NCBI GenBank assembly: GCA_051362555.1
Contig: CM120640.1
Location: 186,001-250,000 of the forward strand
Length of the DNA stretch: 64,000 bases
Reading direction: 5' to 3'
DNA from: Lingula anatina
Lineage: Eukaryota > Animalia > Brachiopoda
Of the stretch, positions 51,309 through 62,905 are shown in pieces (within the stretch, counting starts at the first letter, position 1; each line of letters begins with the position of its first letter). The position numbers and the translations under genes are program-made. The notes under the pieces were generated by a model that was not told where the DNA came from, ran no database searches, and saw only the letters and a list, made by a program, of their open reading frames with translations.

Positions 51309-54300
51309 AAAACACACACAGAGTCGGGCAAAATGACCTTTATTCCTCAGAATCTAGAAAACTATAAATAAGTAGAACAGACAAACTCAATATTAATAGA
51401 TTGGATCATAAATAAATTAAACCATTTCTGCAACAGATAATGAAAAGTCCCACCACTTGCAACCGAGTTAAGATAATAAAAACTCCTGAAATTGGAAAGG
51501 GAAGGGTGGGTGGGAGAGCAAAGCAGAATAGGCTTAAACAGCAAGGTCGGTGTGCTAACGCTAAAAATTATGCATGTTTCGGCTGGCGGCGCTAAACAAA
51601 GACTGCCCCAGGAGTGAAAAATTAATAGGGCCTACAAAGTTAAGCTGAATGACCATTGGCCACGCTACCGGATGTTTTTCACGTGGCCTAGTTACTTAGA
51701 ACTGATAGGACAAAACTTGTTTTTCACATGACTAGTAACAACCCTGGGAAACAAAGGCCAGCTGCAGGCACCTTCCCTGTGTGTGCTTTTAAATACTCCT
51801 TATTCTAAGGGGGCACATATATATAAGTAAAACCTAAGTAAGTACACACGTACTGATGAGTTATACCATGAAGTAAAACCTAAGTAAGAACACATGTTCT
51901 GATGAGTTATACCATGATGTAAAACCTAAGTAAGTACACATGGATCATTAAAGAATCAAAAGTGTACGACTTGTTCAATGAAGTTAAGATTAATGATTAA
52001 ATATGTCTTGGTAAAAAGATGTCTTCATTGTACCATTTTTTCTAGGTTGAAGGGTTCAGTGGTAGAGCCATCAGCAAAGAAGGAAAAGAAAAAACAGTCA
52101 AAAGGTAATCAATGAAGCAAGAAGGAACAGTATATCATCTTTACACTGCTGATGTTTTTCTTACATCACTGAAAACACTGAAATCATTTATTAATTAATT
52201 TTGTTGCTAAAACTGTGAACAGTTCTATCCCTGTGTTGTTAATAGTTCTGTCCCTGTGTTGTTAATAGTGCTATCCCTGTGTTGTTAACAGTTCTATCCC
52301 TGTGTTGTTAACAGTTCTATCACTGTGTTGTTTACAGTGCTATCCCTGTATTGTTAACAGTGTTATCCCTGTGTTCTTAACAGTGCCTATCACTGTGTTG
52401 TTAACAGTGCTATCCCTGTATTGTTAACAGTGTTATCCCTGTGTTGTTAACAGTGCCATCCCTGTGTTGTTAATAGTGCTATCCCTGTGTTGTTAACAGT
52501 ACTATCACTGTGTTGTTAACAGTGCTATCACTGTGTTGTTAACAGTGCCATCCCTGTGTTGTTAACAGTGCTATCCCTGTGTTGTTAACAGTAGTATCCC
52601 TGTGTAGTTAATAGTGCTATCCCTGTGTTGTTAATAGTGCTATCTCTGTGTTGTTAACAGTTCTATCCCTGTGTTGTTAACAGTGCCATCCCTGTGTTGT
52701 TAACAGTGCTATCCCTGTGTTGTTAACAGTTCTATCCCTGTGTTGTTAACAGTTCTATCCCTGTGTTGTTAACAGTGCCATCCCTGTGTTGTTAACAGTT
52801 CTATCCCTGTGCTTACAGAGAGAATTGTACCCTCCAGATACATGCAGAGTGGGACATCATCCAGACACAGAGGACAGGTAAGCACTGCACTGAGGAGATT
52901 TCACAGGCTTTTTAACTTAAGAGAATGTGTGATTCTGTACTATTAGTGAATATTACTTGTTTTCATCATCCATGATGATTTTTATTTATCTCTTTGAAAA
53001 TGTCATGATATATGTTACATCTATGAATTTGTAGACATTTAAAATATTACTTATAAATGTCATAAAAATCTTATATTTAAACTAAATACTTACTGCCATG
53101 GTCAGCCCATAAGGCTTGTCAGCATTCTCTGCCATCTTCTCCTAATATGTATTGTTGCTGTGCTGGCTTATTTCAGTCATTGGTTGGTAAGAGTGGTGCA
53201 AGGAGTAGTGCCACAGAAACAAAGAAGACACATAAAAGACCAGTTGTCACCAAGAAACGTACAGCCCCAGACTTCAGCACCACTCCCATGGTGAGAGGGG
53301 TGTCCAAGATGGCCTCCACCCCTGCGGTTGACACATCCTCTTACCCTCAACCAGGACCCATTGATGTCTCCGCCATTGCAGCAGATGTTCCACACCTGAG
53401 CATGGCAGGTAAGTAAACCCTCTGCCAAAACCCATTGATGTCTCTGTCATTGCAGCAGATCTCCCACACCTGAGCATGGCAGGTAAGTAAACCCTCAGCC
53501 AAAACCCATTGATGTCTCTGTCATTGCAGCAGATCTTCCACACCTGAGCATGGCAGGTAAGTAAACCCTCAGCCAAAACCCACAGTTGTCTCTGTCATTG
53601 CAGCAGATCTTCCACCCCTGAGCATGGCAGGTAAGTAAACCCTCAGCCAAAACCCACAGTTGTCTCTGTCATTGCAGCAGATCTTCCACACCTGAGCATG
53701 GCAGGTAAGTAAACCCTCAGCCAAAACCCACAGTTGTCTCTGTCATTGCAGCAGATCTTCCACCCCTGAGCATGGCAGGTAAGTAAACCCTCAGCCAAAA
53801 CCCACAGTTGTCTCTGTCATTGCAGCAGATCTTCCACACCTGAGCATGGCAGTTAAGTAAACCCTCAGCCAAAACCCACAGTTGTCTCTGTCATTGCAGC
53901 AGATCTTACACACCTGAGCATGGCAGGTAAGTAAACCCTCAGCCAAAACCCACAGTTGTCTCTGTCATTGCAGCAGATCTTCCACACCTGAGCATGGCAG
54001 GTAAGTAAACCCTCAGCCAAAACCCACAGTTGTCTCTGTCATTGCAGCAGATCTTCCACACCTGAGCATGGCAGGTAAGTAAACCCTCAGCCAAAACCCA
54101 CAGTTGTCTCTGCCATTGCGGCAGATCTTCCACACCTGAGCATGGCAGGTGGGCAGTACTTAGTGAACTTAATTACTGGGCTTAAAGTAAGATGTCAGGA
54201 AGATGTTTGAGTATGAATGTTGATCTCATCTTATGGATTGGTACATTTGAAAAGTGGCATGGATTATATTTTATTAAACCTTAGACAAGAATATTAATCT

Positions 54301-55465
54301 TAGCTAAAGCTTTTCATTGTATGTTTTCCTTCAGGACCTCCAAGCAAACCTACTGCCGCAGTCTCAGTCCAAAGACCTCCGAGTAAAACTTTATCTAGGA
54401 CAAAACATAAACAGCCAAAGAATGTGTCAGTGAAGGAAGAGTCAACTCGGGAAATGAGTTCACAGCATTTATTGTCAGCTTCTGTTGCTACCCAGGATTC
54501 TGCCTACTCATCACACTCTCAGTCTCACACGACAAAGAAGGTAAATATGACAACATTTATCATGTGTCTGTAACTACCCAGGATTCTGTCTGCTTCTCAC
54601 ACTCTCAGTCTCACACCACAAAGAAGGTAAATATGACAACATTTATCATTAGTGTCTGTAACTACCCAGGATTCTGTCTGCTTCTCACACTCTCAGTCTC
54701 ACACCACAAAGAAGGTAAATATGACAACATTTATCATTAGTGTCTGTAACTACCCAGGATTCTGTCAGCTTCTCACACTCTCAGTCTCACACCACAAAGA
54801 AGGTAAATATGACAACATTTATCATTAGTGTCATCATTAAGATTCTGCCTATTCTTTTATCTCTTTGTAATCAACATTGCGGTATTTCAGAAAACATTCA
54901 TAGTTTACTCTTTTAGTAGGTTAAAACTTATTTTATACATTCATGTTAAACATCTCTGTGATAGGGATTATAGATAGAGAGAAATGGTTTTTATGTAAGT
55001 TTTGATTTAAAGAACTTATGGAAGGCATCAAAACTAAACTTCTGTACCAAAATGCAAATGAATACAACATCATAAAGATTTTAAATTTTTTTATTTTTTA
55101 GAAGTCTTCCCCTTCTCGAATCACTCAGGAATCTCTGGACCTTCAGTATGCCAGGTATTTACAGTGGGTGTTCCTGGAAACTAAAGCAAAGAAGGAATTT
55201 CAGGAACAGGAGAAGCAAGTCGTGGTATGTACAGGTCCAGTTGACTGTAACATTTAACAGGCACTGTTATTATTCAATTTTGTTGATATGAAAACAGTTT
55301 TAAGGCCATATAACATGTTCTGTAGTATTTTTCCTCCATCTTTAACTACTGTCGTAAATTCATTGTGTTTTTCTCAATTAAGGTTTAAGTATTGGAAATA
55401 TAATAGAACAGTTTTATTCCTTTTAATGGATATGAAGAGATGAAACAGTGTTAAAGATTTTTTTT

Positions 55466-55528
<63 letters not shown>

Positions 55529-57047
55529 TGACATATGTGATTGTCTCCAGGCACAGTTGTATGGTTTGTGGGAAGAAAACCAAAGGCTGCTACAGAAAAA
55601 GGCAGAAGTGGAGCAGACATATGAACAGCTGAAGCATGCAAATAAACTGGATGAATTGCTCGAATTGCAGGTATGCAAAAGGAAACTCAGAACTGCTGGA
55701 ACTACCAGATGGTTATGTTATACACTCAGAAGTACTGGCACAACCAGATGGTTATGTTTTACATGAAAGTTTAGATATCAATAAAGAATACCTCACAATA
55801 GGAAACAAGTTTCTTGTGAATTTTATGCCAGTTTAAATAAAAACCTTCCTTAACTACAGCAAGCTTGGCAATTTTGCAATAACTATTAGTCATTGTACCC
55901 ATGTTGTTAGTTGAAAAGTGAACTACTTGCCATCCCATATTACAGAAGGCTGGTTTAGGTCCAGTAGCAGCTAACCTGCCTGGCCTGAGGCAGCAGTACA
56001 GTACTCTGGCCCAGGCTCTGGACACCACACGGCACCAGATACTGTGTAGAGGAGTACATATCCCAGACAATGAGGAGGACTTCCAAGGTATTGACCTCTT
56101 TGGCCCCATTCAGAAAAGCAGACTTACTAGTCCGAGGATCAAATATAGTAACCCACTACAAAGCCTGCTGTCTTATCCACTTATAGACACTGAATAGATA
56201 TCCCGTGGGGAAGTATTCAAGCGGGTCGGCCATATTTGACCCTCAGACATGTTAGTCCCTATTTTGAATAGGGCCTATAAAGGACAAAGTGATAAGGTAA
56301 ATAAAGGTCAAAAATTAGGTCTATATGCCAAGCTTATAAAGTCATGAAGGTCAAGGTCAGTGAGGTCATTAATATCGTGGTTGATTGTGTCCCTGTATTC
56401 CACTTGGCACCAGTGTGATCACTGCATCTTAGCTGGCTTACATATTTCTTTTCTTGGTTACAGTATCATTAAAACCCATGCATACATTTCATTATAATCG
56501 TGGCAAAGTGTATAGCACCACATTTCTTAGTTTTAGTCTATTATCATAAGCGTTGAGTCAGGGAGGGCCGTGACATCTAACATTTGTTCTTGGGTTTTAT
56601 AAATTATGTTACATGATTTCAGAAGCTATGTTATCAGCACTAGCAGAGAGCGAGCAGCTTCTTGGGGAACTTAGTGTAATGACGCGGCAACAGCAGCCTA
56701 AAGTGACCTCTTTTGCTAATGCGATCCAAGCTTTAGAGAAAGCAGTTGATGAAGAGAGTAAAGAACTCAAAAGGTATATCTTCACATTTGTAAAATAATC
56801 ATAACCATTCACTGCTGAGTCACCAATAACTTCTTATAGTGTTATGTGGCATGTATTGTATTCACATATACAAGTCCAATAATCACATAGTTGTACAATT
56901 GAATACAGAGAAAGACAAATACAGATGTTAATTAATTCACTTTATTTTTTTTTCAGGTGTCAGGAAATGCAGGCAGCTGTACAGACTTTAGCCACTCAAG
57001 AAAGCTCCCTGAAAATACAGGCCGTTCAGATCAGAGACGAGGAATGA
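48204..57047 (+). CDS. HAUS8: HAUS augmin-like complex subunit 8 (Hice1) with a long low-complexity N-terminus
   Basis: RIVPSRYMQ motif (exon from 52819); LDLQYARYLQWVFLETK; LAQALDTTRHQILCRGVHI; coiled-coil C-terminus. Approximate exons: 48204-48289, 48676-48776, 49069-49201, 49534-49637, 49867-50045, 50373-50530, 52046-52104, 52819-52877, 53177-53408, 54335-54540, 55102-55224, 55550-55670, 55946-56087, 56623-56773, 56957-57047 (TGA). Confidence 0.8.
51057..51942. repeat. 46-bp tandem repeat (1 + ~3 copies) interrupted by a ~720-bp insert containing (TA)n
   Basis: aagtaaaacctaagtaagtacaca at ~51064 and again at ~51826, ~51872 and ~51918. Confidence 0.75.
52218..52818. repeat. 23-bp tandem array (~26 copies) ending at a HAUS8 acceptor
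   Basis: Unit tatccctgtgttgttaacagt(g/t)c; final copy gtgcttacag| opens the RIVPSRY exon. Confidence 0.93.
53343..54150. repeat. 74-bp tandem array (11 copies) spanning a HAUS8 donor
   Basis: Donor positions at 53409, 53483 ... 54075, 54149; unit is ~66 nt of exon end plus gtaagtaa. Confidence 0.95.
54488..54831. repeat. 86-88-bp tandem array (4 copies) spanning the next HAUS8 donor
   Basis: AAGAAG|GTAAAT at 54541, 54627, 54715, 54803. Confidence 0.95.
55470..55525. repeat. (GT)n microsatellite
   Basis: Seen directly. Confidence 0.95.
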
Positions 57048-57125
57048 GAAATGAATGACTTTAGCCACTCTTGAAAGCTCCCTGAAAATACAGGCCGTTC
57101 AGATCAGAGATGAGGAATGAGAAAT
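56984..57125. repeat. 73-bp duplication containing the HAUS8 stop codon
   Basis: gactttagccactc...gaggaaTGAgaaat x2. Confidence 0.9.
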
Positions 57126-59133
57126 TAACATCACCCGCAAATTTCATTGACTGTAGACAGCTACTTGACTTATATTTTAACTTGTCTAAAGGGAAGGAAT
57201 TACCATTACTTCAATGTTTTGTCTAAATGTATTTCTTGCAAGAAGACATCAACTGTCAACTTTGACTCAGAAAACAGCCCAGATGTTGAGGCCCCCCCCC
57301 TCCCCTCGCTCCCGTTATAAACCAGTATAACTGGAAGCCAGAACTATTTCCTCAGCATCATCACTTACATTGTTTTCTGACAAAATAGAATACCTTAGCC
57401 CCCTAGTACATAGGCAATTGCAAATTTGACTACAAAGTCTGTTACATTATATCAAAATATGTATTTATTTCACTGACATCTGTGGACTATGTACAGAGAC
57501 CATATTACTGACAACATATTGTATACACTGAAGTATTCACACAGCTATAAAATACAGATATGGAAGAACATATATAGGTAATGCTTTCAAGTAAAATAGC
57601 ACAGATTATTTTCATTTCAAATTTCTGTGTGCAGTTTGTGATGTATACAAAGAACTGCACTGGCTTTTGGCCAGGGGTGATGTAGAAAACGTTCCAATAA
57701 TTTTGTCAAGAATGTCTCCCTGTACTGCATGCATTCTTGTAGTTGACTGAACTACTTTTTCAACTTTTTTTAGTCAGAGTGGCATTTGGATAAAACATTT
57801 TAACACTTCACAATACAATACATTATTATACTATTCAATTGCACAGTGTAATTAGCGATCCTTTTAAAATATTCAAAACTATATTTTGTGAAAGGACTAC
57901 CAAACTTGGAAAAAAAGAAAGAACAAAACTTGGTCTTCAGTAAAATAACAAGAATAACAATACATCACTCAGCACCTAATACTTCCCATATCTCCTTAAA
58001 ACTTACTACCTTCAAACTAGATGATCTGAAAGACAAATACATATGTATTGAAGTTATGCTGGATTACAAAATTATTTCAGGGATTGGATAAAAATAATCC
58101 AAGAGATATTCACTGTGAAGTGTGACCATAAAGAAAGAGAACAGACTATATTCATATATAAGCTTAAAGCATGGAAGTATTCATACAGCACTTACAAAAA
58201 ATATAGCAATTAAGTAACAGGCCATCAACAGACAAGTGCATATGTTACTTGCATATACAGAGAACAAGCATATCTACACAAGAGTGTTAATATACCTCTT
58301 AGTTTGTTGGATTAGAAAATCTTTTCTATAGAATATTGTACAAGTACTGACATGTCAGGCAATGTTCATTTTCTATTGACAGCCCAGTCCATAGCCTTTA
58401 CCATGGCAGTGTAAGTTTTTACTTAATACAAACAGAAAATGAAGTCATTATTTTACCCTTGCTACTACTGTCCTACAAGGCTCTGTATATCCCTGAGCAT
58501 CACATTTATGTCATAAGCTATTGCACCCTTTACGCAGCACTGCAAGGACGTTAAGATCAAATACAACTGTCACAGACATACCACTTCACAAACGTTGGAC
58601 AACTCACGGTTAACATTTGAATTAATTACAATGAACATGACCAGTTTCATGTGTATTGCTTGATAAGAATGCACTGCCATGTAGATATAACTACACCTCA
58701 GGGCAACGATCATCTTGTTTGACCACTGGTCGGTGTTAATGACATCCACTGTGATCACCTTCGCTACAAAAATATATTGGATTTCTGGATCGATTAACTT
58801 ATTATGATACAGAGCTAAATCACATCCTAATTTTGTGCATAATTCTTGTCTTTGTCAACTGTACTTACTGTTGATTGTTGATTACTCTAGTAATCATGCG
58901 ATACTTGGCACAAAACAGCTTATAAAAATATCTTGAATAAAAGTAAATGCAATACTCAAGCTGAATTCTGAAAGACAAGCTACTGGGGATATCCTAAATA
59001 ACCCCAAGCATAGTTCCCTTCCTCTTCAGGGGTGGATCCAGAATTATTTGAAGGGGGTCTGCAGGGTGGGGTGCAGGACCCAGTGAGGGCAAAAAATATA
59101 TTTGGGTATTTTAGAGGGTGAAAGGTGCCATTT

Positions 59134-60126
59134 GGGTCATCCTATGATTTCCAGGAGAAGAGGAGGGAACTCTATATCTGTATGGGTCATCCTATGATCT
59201 CCAGGAGAAGAGGAGGGAACTCTATATCTGTATGGGTTATCCTATGATCTCCAGGAGAAGAGGAGGGAACTCTATATCTGTATGGGTCATCCTATGATCT
59301 CCAGGAGAAGAGGAGGGGACTCTATATCTGTATGGGTCATCCTATGATCTCCAGGAGAAGAGGAGGGGACTCTATATCTGTATGGGTCATCCTATGATCT
59401 CCAGGAGAAGAGGAGGGAACCCTATATCTGTATGGGTCATCCTATGATCTCCAGGAGAAGAGGAGGGAACTCTATATCTGCATGGGTCATCCTATGATTT
59501 CCAGGAGAAGAGGAGGGAACTCTATATCTGTATGGGTCATCCTATGATCTCCAGGAGAAGAGGAAGGAACTCTATATCTGTATGGGTCATCCTATGATCT
59601 CCAGGAGAAGAGGAGGGAACTCTATATCTGTATGGGTCATCCTATGATTTCCAGAAGAGGAGGGAACTCTATATCTGTATGGGTCATCCTATGATCTCCA
59701 GGAGAAGAGGAGGGAACTCTTATATCTGCATGGGTCATCCTATGATTTCCAGGAGAAGAGGAGGGAACTCTATATCTGTATGGGTCATCCTATGATCTCC
59801 AGGAGAAGAGGAGGGAACTCTATATCTGTATGGGTCATCCTATGATCTCCAGGAGAAGAGGAGGGAACTCTATATCTGTATGGGTCATCCTATGATTTCC
59901 AGAAGAGGAGGGAACTCTATATCTGTATGGGTCATCCTATGATCTCCAGGAGAAGAGGAGGGAACTCTTATATCTGTATGGGTCATCCTATGATCTCCAG
60001 GAGAAGAGGAGGGAAATCTATATCTGCATGGGTCATCTTATGATCTCCAGGAGAAGAGGAGGGAACTCTATATCTGCATGGGTCATCCTATGATCTCCAG
60101 GAGAAGAGGAGGGAACTCTATATCTG
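59134..60126. repeat. 50-bp tandem array (~20 copies) copying the nuclear-receptor AF-2 helix and stop
   Basis: Unit gggtcatcctatgatctccaggagaagaggagggaactctatatctgtat encodes DIEFPPLLLEIIG* on the - strand. Confidence 0.95.
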
Positions 60127-60333
60127 GCCAGTCCAACTGAATGCTCTCAATGACTTTCCTGTTCCACTCAGATAATACCCTCAGGTCCATCAGTCTGACT
60201 ATCACTTTAGCCAACAGTATCTTGTCATTAGGATGGTGGACTTTAAAGGAGTACTGGAGCGCTTCTATCATCTTTAACTGGATTTTCTCTACTTGAGCAG
60301 GATTTTCCAACTCACAACGGTCTGAAATGTGTC

Positions 60334-60366
<33 letters not shown>

Positions 60367-62807
60367 GGAATAGATAGAGAAAGTATTCAAAACCTTAAAA
60401 GAACCATTCATGTAATTAAACATTATTTACATATAATTCAATTAAAATCTTTCTTTGATAAAAATACTTAAAATGACTCTTTTTTTCAAAACTTATTCAA
60501 TGAAAGAAAATTGCTCTGGCCTTATTCAACTAAACACGGTGAAATGTAGAGAAGAACATAAATCATGCAAATAAACAGCATAATAGGAGGGAATCAAAAT
60601 ATTAAACGGGAGTGTACACGTAATCTCCAAGTTACAACATGGTGAATACTAAGTGCAACAAATTTAAATGTTTGCCTCTTTTACATGTTTTAGAGTCATC
60701 ATTTCCATATTGTTACACTATCACAAGTTTTGATGCCTAACAACTGGCCAAGGCAGTCACTCGTCAATTATTTTAGAGTTGACCTGCAGTCACTTGAAGT
60801 CAATTATTTTAGAGTTGACCTGCAGTCACTTGAAGTCAATTATTTTAGTGAGTTGACCTGCAGTCACTTGAAGTCAATTATTTTAGTGAGTTGACCTGCA
60901 GTCATTTGAAGTCAATTATTTAGACCTATGGCTAGGTTCTTGGCTAGGTTCAACCCAAAGCTGGAACACAATCTGATATTGAAGACCAATTATCCCAGCT
61001 TCAGTTGCCAAGATGTGACCTCATCCAAAGTCTATAATCATATGAAGATGTGACCTCATCCAAAGTCTATAATCATATGAAGATGTGACCTCATCCAAAG
61101 TCTATAATCATATGAAGATGTGACCTCATCCAAAGTCTATAATCATATGAAGATGTGACCTCATCCAAAGTCTATAATCATATGAAGATGTGACCTCATC
61201 CAAAGTCTATAATCATATGAAGATGTGACCTCATCCAAAGTCTATAATCATATGAAGATGTGACCTCATCCAAAGTCTATAATCATATGAAGATGTGACC
61301 TCATCCAAAGTCTATAATCATATGAAGATGTGACCTCATCCAAAGTCTATAATCATATGAAGATGTGACCTCATCCAAAGTCTATAATCATATGAAGATG
61401 TGACCTCATCCAAAGTCTATAATCATATGAAGATGTGACCTCATCCAAAGTCTATAATCATATGAAGATGTGCTGGGTGCAGGTAACAACATCTGTATCT
61501 GTCACAACATGATATCTGCGACAACTTAACTATTATCTAAAATCTTAAAAAACACAGGAAGAATTCACAAAGACATTAGGGAGTTTGTACTAACAAATAT
61601 GTGGCATCCATGTAAATGCACTGCTAACTCTGAGGGGTTGAACTCCAAAACCAAAGGTACATTGAGAAGGTAGAAGAGTCTTAGGATTTTGTCTTTATTC
61701 ATATGTTATTGAATGCCCCCATATTTTAGTGTGCATTTACTGAACCTTCCTATACACAGTAAGACTGGGTTCCCATGCCTAGATTGATCCATCTGGATCG
61801 GCCTAACTCCATGGGGAGTCTCATTAAATTGCCATCAACTTACCTGGCTTAAATGTCTGTCACGCCTATCGAAGCAGCAAGGGTAAAGATAATTACCCCC
61901 TAACAGCTTTACTAGGCGTGACAGACATTTAAGCTGGTTAAGTGATAGCAATTTGGTGAAACTCCCCAGGGAGATAGAACGATCCATATATCTGTGGAAA
62001 TGGTCCCTAACGCCAGGGACATTCAATAGCTCAGTACATGGGTCATATTCTCTGGCTACCCACCATGTTCTCTGATATACTGGCTGTCTATACCATTCCC
62101 ACCATACTGCCTGTCATCTACACTGACATGATTACCTCTACGGAGACAGACTCCTACCTGGACTGACTATGGCGATTACTGCCACCAACAGAGTTTCAGG
62201 AAACGTCAGGCGTAATTTCTTCATCTGACTACCAGTAGCAAACAATGCTTCGACCCATTTGGGATCATTATATAGCATCTCCAACTGTATGCGGTGGACA
62301 ATTCTGCCATTTACTGTAGTGAAGTGACAATTCTCTGCATCAAAACGTCTGTGCAGCATGATTGTCCGGGCCTCAAACCTTGCGGCTAGAATTAAAAAGA
62401 AAGCAGTGGAGATATCTCAAGCTGGTATACTTGCCTTGGAACAGAATGTTTACACTTGCCAAGACAGCGTTCTCTTCCCTGGTCAGCCCTAGGGCCTGCC
62501 AATGTCCTGCTTCTTTGAATAATGAATCAGCACGGATTATGTTGGTCACTTTGGACATTTCAGAGCAGTGATACGTTTTCCCATGTACGGATGTTACACA
62601 CTGATGTTTGACATTGAAACGATAAACTGCACTTGCCGCAAACCCAGTTTCAAAGCGATTTGCTAAAAATGAGAAGAGAAGGAATGATTTAGTTGAAGCT
62701 AAACTACACCTATATCACCCCAAATGCTGCCCCATCTCAATGTGTGGCCATACTGGTCCTAGGAATGATGGCAGCAGGTCAACACAAAACAATATAAAAC
62801 ACTCCAT

Positions 62808-62905
<98 letters not shown>

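Noticed and set aside
56300-56370. Clustered AGGTCA direct repeats
   Set aside because: Probably a fragment of a common interspersed repeat; no further support
59028-59090. GGGGTGGATCCAG G-rich segment next to the 50-bp array
   Set aside because: Looks like a short repeat-end fragment; no partner end or TSD found
62373-62558. 61-aa ORF in the nuclear receptor intron
   Set aside because: Flanking exons already join in phase; no recognisable domain
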